This document shows, one piece after another, positions 25,013 to 34,198 of a DNA stretch of 64,000 bases. The notes beneath the pieces are model-generated. The model had not been told where the DNA came from. It made no database searches and worked only from the letters and a program-made list of their open reading frames with translations. The stretch covers positions 42,694 through 106,693 of the forward strand of contig JAJZPL010000005.1 of the NCBI GenBank assembly GCA_021811185.1. Reading direction: 5' to 3'. Position numbers and translations under genes: made by a program. The stretch comes from a bacterium (lineage in GTDB: Bacteria; Elusimicrobiota; Elusimicrobia; Elusimicrobiales; UBA9959). Position 1 is the stretch's first letter. Every line of letters begins with the position of its first letter.

Positions 25013-26356
25013 TTATAAGCCTTCGATGATGCGCTCGAATTTCATGGAGCGGGAGGCTTTTATGAGGAAAGAGCCTTTGCCGGCGGCTATCAGGGCGCGG
25101 GCTTCGGGGAGCCAGTCTTCAAGGGTGAAGCCGAATTCCATGCTGTTGCCGCCGGCCTGGCAGTAGGAGGCGGCGGCGGCTTTCATTTCGGGGCCGGCCA
25201 GGAAGACCTTGGCGGCGCCCATGTGCGCCAGCGCGGCGCCGAGGTCGGTGTGGTAGTGGGCCGAGTACTGCCCCAGCTCCTTCATGTCGCCGAGCATAAG
25301 GTAAAGAGGCCTGGGCTTGTCCGCCATTTCTTTAAGGGCCGACGCCATGGACTGGGGATTGGCGTTGTAGGCGTCGAGGATCACCACCGAGCCGTTGATG
25401 TTCAGCTGCTGCAGCCGCATCGGCGGCGGGGCGTAATGCTCCAGGCCCATCTTGATGGAGGCCAGGTCGGCGCCGGCGACGAGGGCGGCGGCGGCCGCGG
25501 CGGCCGCGTTGTAATAATTATGCCCGCCGGCGTGCGGCAGGTTTATCTCGAGGATCGTGCCGTCGTATTCCAGCCGCAGGTTTTTGCCGTCGAGGATGCG
25601 CAGGTCGGCTCCCGTGTCGCGGCCGAAGGTCAGTTTCTTGAAGTCCTTCCCGTTCAGGCGCGAAAGATAGCGGTCGTCGTAATTGTAGACCAGCGTGCCG
25701 CCGGGAGCCAGGCAGCCGGCGAGCTCGGTCTTGGTCTCGTAAATGTTTTCCATGTCCCCGAAGTGCTCCAGGTGCGAAGGGCCTATGTTGGTGATGATGC
25801 CGCAGGTAGGGCGCGCTACCTCGCCTATTTCCTTTATATCCCCGCGGCGCGAGGCGCCCAGCTCGAACACGCCGAACTTGTGCGCCGCGGTAAGCTCCAG
25901 CAGCGAGAGCGGCAGGCCGAACTGGTTGTTCAGGTTCCCCGGGTTGGTGCAGGTTTCCCCTTCCGTAGAGAAAATGCTTTTGAGCATTTCCTTGGTAGTG
26001 CTCTTGCCGTTGGAGCCGGTAATTGCCGTGAGCGGGATCTGGAAACGCTGCCTGTGCCAGGCGGCCAGGGCCTGCAGGGCTTTGAGCGTGTCCTTAACCG
26101 CCACCACTTCGCCCGGCTGCTCCGGCATGCCGGCCAGCGCGTCCTCGCGCGCTACCCAGCCCTTAACGCAGGGCAGGGCCTGCTTCAGGAAATCGTGCGC
26201 GTCGTAGGCGGCGCCTTTGAGCGCCCAGAAGAAGTCTCCGGTCCTGAGTTTGCGGGTATCCGTAACGAAACTGTTGAAGGGGGCTGAAGGGCTGCCCTTC
26301 AGTAATTTTCCGCCGGCTGCTTTAGCCATGGTGCCAAGGTCTGTTTTAAGGTTCAT
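25013..26356 (-). CDS. murF: UDP-MurNAc-tripeptide--D-alanyl-D-alanine ligase
   Basis: ITGSNGKSTTKEM motif. 4-nt overlap with murE. Confidence 0.93.
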   Translation of the reverse strand: MNLKTDLGTMAKAAGGKLLKGSPSAPFNSFVTDTRKLRTGDFFWALKGAAYDAHDFLKQALPCVKGWVAREDALAGMPEQPGEVVAVKDTLKALQALAAWHRQRFQIPLTAITGSNGKSTTKEMLKSIFSTEGETCTNPGNLNNQFGLPLSLLELTAAHKFGVFELGASRRGDIKEIGEVARPTCGIITNIGPSHLEHFGDMENIYETKTELAGCLAPGGTLVYNYDDRYLSRLNGKDFKKLTFGRDTGADLRILDGKNLRLEYDGTILEINLPHAGGHNYYNAAAAAAAALVAGADLASIKMGLEHYAPPPMRLQQLNINGSVVILDAYNANPQSMASALKEMADKPRPLYLMLGDMKELGQYSAHYHTDLGAALAHMGAAKVFLAGPEMKAAAASYCQAGGNSMEFGFTLEDWLPEARALIAAGKGSFLIKASRSMKFERIIEGL

Positions 26357-27855
26357 TTCTTCCGTTCCTCCGCCTTCTCACGTATGGCCGCGGCCGCCGC
26401 TTCCGCGTCGCTGAAGTGTATGGTCCTGTCTTTCAGGATCTGGTAGGTTTCGTGCCCCTTGCCTGCTATCAGCAGGATGTCGCCTTTGCCCGCAAGCGCG
26501 ACGGCTTTTTTGATGGCCGCGCCGCGGTCCTGGATGATCTCGTAATTACGGAACTTGCCCTTGATCCCGCCCTCTATGTCGGAGAAGATCCGCGCCGGGT
26601 CCTCGGAGCGCGGGTTGTCGCTGGTGACTATCACATGGTCGCTCAGCGTGCAGGCTACCCGGCCCATCGGGGCGCGCTTGGTGCGGTCCCTGTCTCCGCC
26701 GCAGCCTACAACGGTGATGATGCGGGCGTGCGGCATCAGCTTGAGGTTCTCCAGCACGCTCCGCAGCGCCGCGTCGGTGTGGGCGTAGTCCACGAACACC
26801 GTGAAATCCTGGCCCGCGTTCACCCGCTCGAGCCTGCCCGGCACGTTCCGCAGCGCCTCGACGCCGGAGACGGCCGCGCTCACGCTGAGACCGCCCGCGG
26901 CGGCCAGCGTGATGGCCGTCAACGCGTTGTAGATGTTGTGGCGGCCCAGCAGGTTCAGGCGCACCTTGAACTTTTCCCCGCATGCGGTAAGGGTGAAGCT
27001 GGTGGAACTTTCGCCTATCTCTATGTCCGAAGCTTTAAAGTCCGACTGCTGGTCTATGCCGAAGGTCAGTACGCGCAGGCTGCCGTTTATCCTTTCCAGC
27101 AGCTCCGGCGCGCGCTCGTCGTCCAGGTTGATGACCGCGCAGCGGTCCTTCTTGGGCGAAGCGCGCAGCAGGTCGAAGAGCCGGGCTTTGGCGCCGAAAT
27201 AACTCTCCCTGTCGCCGTGAAAGTCCAGGTGGTCGCGCTGCAGGTTGGTGAAGGCGGCGAAGTCGAACTCGATATCCTCCACCCGGTCCAGCGCCAGCGC
27301 GTGGGAGGAAACCTCCAGCACGGCGGCCTTGGCGCCGGCTTCCGCCATGCCCGCGAGCAATTCCTGCAGGGTGTGGGCCAGCGGCGTGGTGTTGGCGGCC
27401 TGGGCTATAACCCTGCCGTCCACGCGGTAGTCTATGGTGCCTATCACGCCGGGCTTTTTCCCCGCCGCGCGCAGCACGCTTTCCAGCAGGTAGGCGGTGG
27501 TGGTCTTGCCCTTGGTGCCGGTGATGCCGTAGATCTTCATCCTGCCGGAGGGGTTGCGGTAAAAATTGGAGGCTATTCGCGAGAGGCCGCGCTGTAGTTC
27601 CGGCGTATTTATGAAGGCCGCGGCCGGGTAGGCGGCGCGGAGTTCCGCCGGGACCTCGCTGCCCGAGATCACGGCCGCGGCGCCTTTCTCCAGCGCCTGT
27701 TTTATGAACAGGCTGCCGTCCGTCCTGGCGCCTGGCAGGGCGAAGAAGAGCGCCCCCGGAGTAATTTTGCGGGAATCGTTGGTAAGCGCGGTTATTTCGG
27801 GGTCGGGGCCCGAGTGCGTTATCCCGGAATTTTCCAGCGCCGTTGAGAGCTTCAT
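26353..27855 (-). CDS. murE: UDP-MurNAc-L-alanyl-D-glutamate--2,6-diaminopimelate ligase
   Basis: GITGTKGKTTT and DNPRSEDP motifs. Confidence 0.93.
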   Translation of the reverse strand: MKLSTALENSGITHSGPDPEITALTNDSRKITPGALFFALPGARTDGSLFIKQALEKGAAAVISGSEVPAELRAAYPAAAFINTPELQRGLSRIASNFYRNPSGRMKIYGITGTKGKTTTAYLLESVLRAAGKKPGVIGTIDYRVDGRVIAQAANTTPLAHTLQELLAGMAEAGAKAAVLEVSSHALALDRVEDIEFDFAAFTNLQRDHLDFHGDRESYFGAKARLFDLLRASPKKDRCAVINLDDERAPELLERINGSLRVLTFGIDQQSDFKASDIEIGESSTSFTLTACGEKFKVRLNLLGRHNIYNALTAITLAAAGGLSVSAAVSGVEALRNVPGRLERVNAGQDFTVFVDYAHTDAALRSVLENLKLMPHARIITVVGCGGDRDRTKRAPMGRVACTLSDHVIVTSDNPRSEDPARIFSDIEGGIKGKFRNYEIIQDRGAAIKKAVALAGKGDILLIAGKGHETYQILKDRTIHFSDAEAAAAAIREKAEERKK

Positions 27856-27908
27856 GCTTTAATGATAGAAAATTTAAAGGCGCGGAGTAATGCCCGCCGC
27901 GGCCGTAT

Positions 27909-29585
27909 TTACGGCAGGGCGGCTTTTCCCTTCCGGGGCAGCGGGGTGTCGGGCTTGAGTCCCTTAAGCGTTATGATCTTGCTGGCTATCTCCCGGAAGG
28001 CCGGCGCGGCGGTCTCGCCGCCGTAAGTCTGGCCCTTGGGATCGTTCAGCACCACCAGGATGGTGTAGCGCGGCTCGGCTACCGGGAAGAAACCGGCGAA
28101 GGAGGCTACGCTCCTGCCGCTCAGGTACTTGCCGGTCCTGGGGTCGATCTTCTCCGAGGTGCCGGTCTTGCCGGCTATGGCGTAGCCCGGCACGGCGGCG
28201 GGTTTGCCGGTGCCCTTGTCCACCACGTTCTTTAAAATAGCTTTTACACGCCCGGCGATGCCCGGCGTGATGACCTGCCTTATCATTACGGGGTCGTTCC
28301 TGAAGACTTCCTCCCCCTCGAACTCCGTCACCCTATCCACCAGGCGCGGCTCGTAAAGCTTGCCGCCGTTGGCGATGGCCGAATAGGCGTTGATCACCTG
28401 CAGCGGCGTGGCCGCTATGCCGTGGCCGTAGGAGCCCACCGCCAGGTCGATGGGCGTGAACTTCTCCAGCGGGCGCAGCAGGCCGGCCGATTCCCCGGCG
28501 AAGCCGAGCCCGGACTTGGCCCCGAAGCCGAAGGCCTTGGCGTAAAAATAGAAATCCTGGATGCCCAGCTTCGTGCCGATCTTGCCCGTGCCGATGTTGG
28601 AGGAACGCTCTATTACGCCTGAAAGAGTAAGCGTCCCTTCGGGTTCGTGGTCGTGGATGGTGACTTTTTTGTTAAAGTGCCAGGCGCCGTTCTCGCAGAA
28701 GAAGGTATCGCTTTCGCTTACGATCCCCTTGGAAAGGGCCGCGGACAGCGTTATGGCTTTGAACGTGGAACCGGGTTCGTAAACCCATTCCACCCCTTCG
28801 ATCCTTTCAAGCTCCCGCGGCCAGCTGGCCATCGCGAGTATCTTGCCGGTCTGCGGGTCCTGCACCAGCGCCATCCCGAGTTCCGCCCGGCTCTTCTCTG
28901 TGGCCCGCTTTATGGCCTCCTGCGCGAAGAACTGGATATTTTTGTCGATGGTGAGGTGGAGGTCCCTCGGGCGGGATTCTTTCTCCAGCCTGTCCTGAAA
29001 GATCACGCGGCCGCCGGAGTCGCGCACTACTTCGCGTTTGCTTACGTGCCCGGAGAGCACCTTGTCGTAAAGGAGTTCCAGGCCGGTCAGCCCGCGGTCC
29101 TCTCGCGTTACGCCTATTATGCTGCGCGCCAGTTCCCCCGAGGGGTAATAGCGGCTCTGTACCGGTTCCAGCGTAACGCCCTTGAGTTTCAGCGCCCTTA
29201 CCGCCTCGGCGGCGGTGCGGTCCAGGCCCTTTTTGAGCGGCACGAAATTCTTTGCGCGGCGGAACTTCTCCCGGAAGCCGGGCGGCAGCCCCAGCGCGCG
29301 GATAAGCTCCGTTACGGCCCGGGCGGGCTCGGTCAGGTCCTTCTTGAAGAGCCCCGCGTCCCAGGCCACGATGGATTCGGCCAGCAGCTCGCCGTTGGCG
29401 TCGAAGAAGCGGCCGCGCGGGCCGATCTCCGACACCGTCCGGTTGAATTCCTTAGAAGCTGTAGCGGAAAGGTTTTCGTGGCGCACGGTCTGCAGCCAGA
29501 ACAAACGGCCGCCGATCAGGATGGCAGGGATCCCCGCCGCGAAGGCGCAGAGCTGAATTCTTGTTTTTAAGGTTTTGGCTGTCAT
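27909..29585 (-). CDS. ftsI: Division-specific class B penicillin-binding protein (transpeptidase)
   Basis: STFK, SSN and KTGT motifs with an N-terminal TM anchor. Confidence 0.92.
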   Translation of the reverse strand: MTAKTLKTRIQLCAFAAGIPAILIGGRLFWLQTVRHENLSATASKEFNRTVSEIGPRGRFFDANGELLAESIVAWDAGLFKKDLTEPARAVTELIRALGLPPGFREKFRRAKNFVPLKKGLDRTAAEAVRALKLKGVTLEPVQSRYYPSGELARSIIGVTREDRGLTGLELLYDKVLSGHVSKREVVRDSGGRVIFQDRLEKESRPRDLHLTIDKNIQFFAQEAIKRATEKSRAELGMALVQDPQTGKILAMASWPRELERIEGVEWVYEPGSTFKAITLSAALSKGIVSESDTFFCENGAWHFNKKVTIHDHEPEGTLTLSGVIERSSNIGTGKIGTKLGIQDFYFYAKAFGFGAKSGLGFAGESAGLLRPLEKFTPIDLAVGSYGHGIAATPLQVINAYSAIANGGKLYEPRLVDRVTEFEGEEVFRNDPVMIRQVITPGIAGRVKAILKNVVDKGTGKPAAVPGYAIAGKTGTSEKIDPRTGKYLSGRSVASFAGFFPVAEPRYTILVVLNDPKGQTYGGETAAPAFREIASKIITLKGLKPDTPLPRKGKAALP

Positions 29586-29685
29586 ACGCGGCTTTAGCGA
29601 AGCCGGTCTCCCCGTAGACGGGGATCCTGTCGAAAAGGGTTCTGAGGTTTATTTCCGCCATGTTCTCTCCGGCGGAGACTGCCGG

Positions 29686-30021
29686 TCAGGAGGACTTATT
29701 CAGCTTGAAGAGCTTGGCCAGCCAGCCCCGCCCCGCGGTATTTGCAGCCGGAGCGCCGTCTAGCATCACGATAGCTCCGGGCTCCGGGTAGACCATCCCG
29801 AGCTTGGACGCCTCGGCCTCCAGCTTTTCGGGCGACAGGGAAGCCTGGATCTCCTTCTTCAGGTAAGTGTTGGAGTTCTCCAGGTCTTTGATCTCGTGCC
29901 TGAGTTTCTCGATGGTGTAGCCCAGCCGCACCGCCTGCACGTTCTCCCACGCGAACAGGAAGAATACCGCGCAGAGCGCGCCCAGTCCCAGCAATCTCAG
30001 GTTCCTTGTCTTCTTAAGCAT
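29686..30021 (-). CDS. ftsL: Cell division protein FtsL-like (single TM plus coiled coil)
   Basis: 111 aa with TM LLGLGALCAVFFLFAW followed by a heptad-rich segment. Position between rsmH and ftsI. Confidence 0.8.
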   Translation of the reverse strand: MLKKTRNLRLLGLGALCAVFFLFAWENVQAVRLGYTIEKLRHEIKDLENSNTYLKKEIQASLSPEKLEAEASKLGMVYPEPGAIVMLDGAPAANTAGRGWLAKLFKLNKSS

Positions 30022-30043
30022 TGCGATTTCCGTTCCTTGTAGT

Positions 30044-30214
30044 TTATTCCATGCTGAAAAGTTCGATGCGTTTGATCCCGTGTTTTTCCCAGAGGTAGAA
30101 GATCTTCGTCGGAGACATGGCTCCCTTCAGCCCGTTGAACTTCGTTCTGGAGACTTTGGGAGTAAGCAGCTTCGTGAACTTCGCGCCCGCTTTAAGGATG
30201 TTTTCAGGATACAT
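30044..30214 (-). CDS. Candidate small basic protein (56 aa) in the rsmH-ftsL gap
   Basis: Read by eye: GGGGGA SD 6 nt before the ATG at 30214; MYPENILKAGAKFTKLLTPKVSRTKFNGLKGAMSPTKIFYLWEKHGIKRIELFSME, stop TAA at 30046-30044. Mostly G/C-ending codons. Below the track length cutoff. Confidence 0.4.
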   Translation of the reverse strand: MYPENILKAGAKFTKLLTPKVSRTKFNGLKGAMSPTKIFYLWEKHGIKRIELFSME

Positions 30215-30235
30215 ACTCGTTCCCCCTGTTTCTCG

Positions 30236-31123
30236 TTACAGTTTTTCTATAACCCTCAACTTAGCGCTCCTGGCCCTCTTGTTGGCGAGGGTTTCCTCTT
30301 CGGTGGGTTTCACCGGCTTCCGCGTCACTAGTTCCCACCCGCCCATTTTGGCCATGATGCTGAACGTCTCTTTCACGATGCGGTCTTCCAGTGAATGAAA
30401 AGTTATTATGGCCAGCCTGGCCCCGGGCTTCAGCAGCGGCATCACTTTCTGTATACCGCGGGTGAGGTTGTCGAATTCGTAGTTGACCGCCACGCGCAGC
30501 GCCAGGAACGTCTTGGTGGCGGGGTGGATCTTCTCGCCGTGGTTGGGCGCCACGCGCTCGATCAGCGCGCCCAGCTCGGCGGTGGTCTCCAGCGGCTTCT
30601 TGCGGCGCGCGTCGAGCACGGCGCGGGCGATGCGGCCGGAATGGCGCTCGCCGCACACGCGGATCAGGTGCTCGATCTGCTCGTAAGGCCACTGGTTGAT
30701 GATCGTGTACGCGGTCAGCGGGTTGTCGGGGTTGATCCGCATGTCGAGCGGCCCGTCGTTCTTTATGCTGAAGCCGCGGGAAGCTTTGTCGAAATGCAGC
30801 GAGGAGATGCCCAGGTCGAACAGCACGCCCGAAATGGAGCGGATGCCTTCGCGGCTGGCGATCTCGTCGATATTGGCGAAATTGCCCTGCGCTATGCGGG
30901 CCCTGGCGCCGAACGGCGCGAGGTTCCTGGCGGCGAGGGCGGCCATCTCGGGGTCCCAGTCTATGCCCAGCACGCTGCCTTCGGGAGAGAGCGCGTCGAG
31001 CAGGCGGGCGGTATGCCCCCCCATCCCCAGCGTGCCGTCCACGTAAACGCCGCTCTTGCCGGTTATCAGCAGGTTCACTACTTCGTCGGCGAGAACCGAT
31101 ACGTGCGTGTAATCTTTTTCCAT
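30236..31123 (-). CDS. rsmH: 16S rRNA (cytosine1402-N4)-methyltransferase
   Basis: HVSVL and DGTLGMGGH motifs. Trimmed from 31255 to the ATG at 31123. Confidence 0.93.
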   Translation of the reverse strand: MEKDYTHVSVLADEVVNLLITGKSGVYVDGTLGMGGHTARLLDALSPEGSVLGIDWDPEMAALAARNLAPFGARARIAQGNFANIDEIASREGIRSISGVLFDLGISSLHFDKASRGFSIKNDGPLDMRINPDNPLTAYTIINQWPYEQIEHLIRVCGERHSGRIARAVLDARRKKPLETTAELGALIERVAPNHGEKIHPATKTFLALRVAVNYEFDNLTRGIQKVMPLLKPGARLAIITFHSLEDRIVKETFSIMAKMGGWELVTRKPVKPTEEETLANKRARSAKLRVIEKL

Positions 31124-31170
31124 TTTATCTTCTGCTCCCGCGCGGCGGGCCGGCAAAGTCGCGGGCCAGG

Positions 31171-31620
31171 TCACAAATCTACGATCTTGCTGAATTTTTC
31201 GAAAGAGGGTTCCATTACGTCTTTCTTGTACTTGGACCAGACTTGCGCATCCCATATTTCCGCCTTATTTCCCACGCCGCGTATCAGGATGGACTTCTTG
31301 AGAGAAGCATAAGCTTTCTGATTCTGCGGCACCAAGATCCTGCCCTGCTCGTCCAGCTCCGCGTCGGCCGCGTTGCCGAAGAAGAAGCGCTTGAAAGCCC
31401 GCTCCTCCTCCTTGTTCTCGGACTTGAAGATCGCCATGTTGTTGGCGAGGAGTTCTTCCCATTTGGACGGCAGGAAAATGTAGAGGCAGCGGTCGAGGCC
31501 GATGCTGAGCATAAAATAGTTCTTGTCTTCCTTGCGGAGTTCCTCGCGGAAGCGGGCAGGGACGAACACGCGTCCTTTCGCGTCCATCACGTAATTATAT
31601 TCGCCGTAAAGTGAACTCAT
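31171..31620 (-). CDS. mraZ: Transcriptional regulator MraZ
   Basis: Duplicated SpoVT/AbrB-like motifs DAKGRVFVP and DEQGRILVP. First gene of the dcw cluster. Confidence 0.93.
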   Translation of the reverse strand: MSSLYGEYNYVMDAKGRVFVPARFREELRKEDKNYFMLSIGLDRCLYIFLPSKWEELLANNMAIFKSENKEEERAFKRFFFGNAADAELDEQGRILVPQNQKAYASLKKSILIRGVGNKAEIWDAQVWSKYKKDVMEPSFEKFSKIVDL

Positions 31621-31670
31621 TCTTGATTATCGATCTGAAAAATCTTTTAACTATTTTACAACATTGTTAA

Positions 31671-31705
31671 CCACTAAAAAACATTATCCACCACTTTCCA
31701 CCACC
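31671..31705 (-). promoter_or_regulatory. Putative MraZ operator: phased GTGG repeats
   Basis: Minus strand GGTGGTGGaaaGTGGTGGataatgttttttaGTGG, with repeats about 10 and 20 nt apart, immediately downstream of the -10. Confidence 0.5.
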
Positions 31706-31711
31706 TGATGA

Positions 31712-31740
31712 AGTATATCGTATGACCTGACCCTTGTCAA
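31712..31740 (-). promoter_or_regulatory. Pmra-like sigma70 promoter
   Basis: Minus strand TTGACA (31740-31735), 17 nt, TATACT (31717-31712). Confidence 0.65.
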
Positions 31741-31793
31741 TACCATGGGTAAAAAAACGCTTATTTCAGCGGTATTTTTTAGGTTAATTAAAA

Positions 31794-31832
31794 TGAGGAA
31801 AAAATGAGAAAGCCGGTTGACCCTGGTCAACC
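31794..31832 (-). terminator. Possible intrinsic terminator after the MA-clan peptidase gene
   Basis: Stem GGTTGAC/GTCAACC (31815-31832) with a 4-nt loop, followed on the minus strand by a T-rich run (ggcTTTCTCATTTTTTCC). Confidence 0.4.
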
Positions 31833-31878
31833 GCTATATAATAGGAAGATAATAATAAGGGAAATGCGGCCGGCCGGT

Positions 31879-32982
31879 TTACTTGTTGAGGCCGGAGATC
31901 TTGCCCGTCTTCAGGTCGTAGCGCCACGCGTACTCGAGCGAGGAGAGCTTGTTGTACGGCATGCCGTAGGCCTGGTACAGGGATTGCGCGGCTGGCTTGC
32001 CGTCGCGCAGGTTCTTGCAGAAAAAGTAGAAAGCGTCGCCGGCCTTCAGCTTCATCAGGAAGCGCACCACGCTGTACGACTCCGCGTACCAGAGCCGCAC
32101 GTTGTCCTCGTCGGCGCCCTGCAGGTTCTCGATGCGCACCAGGTCGTTCAGCTTGAAGCCGCTGCCGCTCTCGAGGAGCTTCAGGTTCTGCGCCAGCCAG
32201 TGCGGCGTGGACAGGCCGCGCTCGGACTGCACGTAGGTGGCTATGCCCTCGCTCAGCCACAGCGGGCTGGGGTTCGAGGCCGGGAAGAAGCTGTCGAAAT
32301 AGATGTGGGTGAGCTCGTGCGCCAGGATGCCGAAGGCCTCGTCGCTCTTGTACAGGTAGATCTTGCGTTCGTTCAGCGACGCCGCCCCCCCCGACCACGC
32401 CGGGCGGCCGGTAAGCTTGCGGTAGGTTTCCTGGCTCTTGGAGAAGAAGATGTAAACTTTCCGCTCGCGCGACCACGGCGAGAACGCCACCAGGTCCAGC
32501 ATGATGCTGCCGTGCAGGGCCTCTACGGTGTCCGTAAGCTCGGTCGAAACTTCCGGGCCTTCTTCGTATACCACGAAGTGCTGCGTCTCCTTCATCGAGA
32601 AGCCCGCCGGGGTTTCCGGGTAGTTTTCCTCCCCGGTCTTGCGCTCCGGCGCGATCTCGGTCTTTTCGCTTACGGAATGTTCCGGCATCATGCCGGCCGA
32701 AGGGATGTCCTTGATGTCGGCGCCCGGCTTTATAAGGCTGAGCGTGCTGACCGGCTGCTGTACCGGCTGCGGCGCCGGGAGCGGCTGCGGCGGGTAAACC
32801 GGCTGCGGAGCCGTGTGTTTAAGGACGGGGGCCTGCGTCTGCTTGCCGCTGAAAGGGTTGACGCCTACGCTGAAGCGCTTGATCGAGGACATGTCCTCGT
32901 CCATGTACTGGTACATGAAAAGGCCCCAGAGCCCTATTACCAGGCCCCAGAACAGTACCCTCAGCTTGGAAAGAATATCCAT
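31879..32982 (-). CDS. Membrane-anchored zinc metallopeptidase (HExxH, MA clan)
   Basis: N-terminal TM VLFWGLVIGLWGLFMY and HELTH motif. Confidence 0.78.
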   Translation of the reverse strand: MDILSKLRVLFWGLVIGLWGLFMYQYMDEDMSSIKRFSVGVNPFSGKQTQAPVLKHTAPQPVYPPQPLPAPQPVQQPVSTLSLIKPGADIKDIPSAGMMPEHSVSEKTEIAPERKTGEENYPETPAGFSMKETQHFVVYEEGPEVSTELTDTVEALHGSIMLDLVAFSPWSRERKVYIFFSKSQETYRKLTGRPAWSGGAASLNERKIYLYKSDEAFGILAHELTHIYFDSFFPASNPSPLWLSEGIATYVQSERGLSTPHWLAQNLKLLESGSGFKLNDLVRIENLQGADEDNVRLWYAESYSVVRFLMKLKAGDAFYFFCKNLRDGKPAAQSLYQAYGMPYNKLSSLEYAWRYDLKTGKISGLNK

Positions 32983-33007
32983 TTCTGCCTATGGCTTAAG
33001 GCAAGTG

Positions 33008-33520
33008 TTACCTCTGGGCGTCCCTTACCCGTACTACCATCTCGGCCATAGCCGCGGTGAACATCGAGAAAAAGACTATGAACACGGCCTGCGTGGCGGC
33101 CATGGCCCAGAACTGGCTGCTCATGCCCAGCCCGTACACCACGCTGCGCAGGTAGTACAGGAGCAGCATTATCGCCGACGAGAGCACGGCGGTAAGGAAC
33201 ACCTGCCATTTCTTCATGAACATGGCGCAGCCGGCCGGGGCCATCAGGAAGAGCAGCCACATGGGCGCCCAGTAGGCGGCCAGCAGGTAGAACAGGATGG
33301 CGCTGACGGCGAGGTTCATCCACACGGTGAGCGCCCTGATGTGCCGGCTCCAGCGCAGGAAGCGGTACACGTTGGAGCCCAGCCAGTAGTTGGCAATGAA
33401 GGCCGCGGCCAGGATGCCGAACGAGGCGTAGGTCACGCTCTTATCCGGTTCGGAGAAGAAGATGGCGAACAGGATCAGGATCACCGCGAAGGGCGTGAAA
33501 TAATAATTAAGTATGTGCAT
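33008..33520 (-). CDS. Integral membrane protein, unknown function (170 aa)
   Basis: Track ORF with 4-5 hydrophobic helices. Confidence 0.68.
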   Translation of the reverse strand: MHILNYYFTPFAVILILFAIFFSEPDKSVTYASFGILAAAFIANYWLGSNVYRFLRWSRHIRALTVWMNLAVSAILFYLLAAYWAPMWLLFLMAPAGCAMFMKKWQVFLTAVLSSAIMLLLYYLRSVVYGLGMSSQFWAMAATQAVFIVFFSMFTAAMAEMVVRVRDAQR

Positions 33521-33538
33521 AGTTCTCCCGCTGCTAAA

Positions 33539-34198
33539 TTACCGCGTTCTCTTGAAAACCAGGATATAGCGGTCCGCGCTCTCGCCGGGCAGCCGGTACG
33601 CGAAGGTTTCCGCCAGTTCCGCCTTCGCCTTGCGCACGGCCGCCTCTACCGCCGGGCGGGGCTGCGCCAGCTGCGCCGCGCTCTGCCAGGCCAGGAAGAA
33701 GCCGCCCTTAACCAGTATATTTAAGCATTGAGGCAGGATGTTTTCAAGCTGTCCCATCGCCCTTTCGATCACGGCGGCGTAGCGCTGCTCGCTGCCGGGG
33801 CCGCCTTCGCCCACCCGCCGGTTGAAGACCGCCACGTTCCTGGCGCCCATCGCGGCGGCGGTCTCGCCGAGGAAATCGCAGCGCCTTTCGCGCGATTCCA
33901 GCAGCTGGAAGCTGAATTCGTCCAGCGCCCCGGCCAGCGCCAGGCCGGGGAAACCGGCCCCGGAGCCGGCGTCGGCTATCAGCGAGCCCGGCTTTACCAG
34001 CCGGCGCAGCAGCGGGGCCGCGGCCAGCGAGTCCAGGAAATGGCGTTCCCAGAGCTGCGGCATGTCCTTCTCGGACACCAGGTTCTGCACCGCGTTCTTC
34101 TCGGCGAGCTTGGCGGAGAACACTTCCAGCTTTCGCAGGTTCTCCGGCGTCAGGTGCAGGCCCCAGGCCTGCAGGGTTTTGGTCACGGCTTCGTTCAT
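33539..34198 (-). CDS. rsmG: 16S rRNA (guanine527-N7)-methyltransferase
   Basis: SAM motif DAGSGAGFPG. Trimmed to the ATG at 34198, which overlaps the mnmG TGA (ATGA). Confidence 0.9.
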   Translation of the reverse strand: MNEAVTKTLQAWGLHLTPENLRKLEVFSAKLAEKNAVQNLVSEKDMPQLWERHFLDSLAAAPLLRRLVKPGSLIADAGSGAGFPGLALAGALDEFSFQLLESRERRCDFLGETAAAMGARNVAVFNRRVGEGGPGSEQRYAAVIERAMGQLENILPQCLNILVKGGFFLAWQSAAQLAQPRPAVEAAVRKAKAELAETFAYRLPGESADRYILVFKRTR

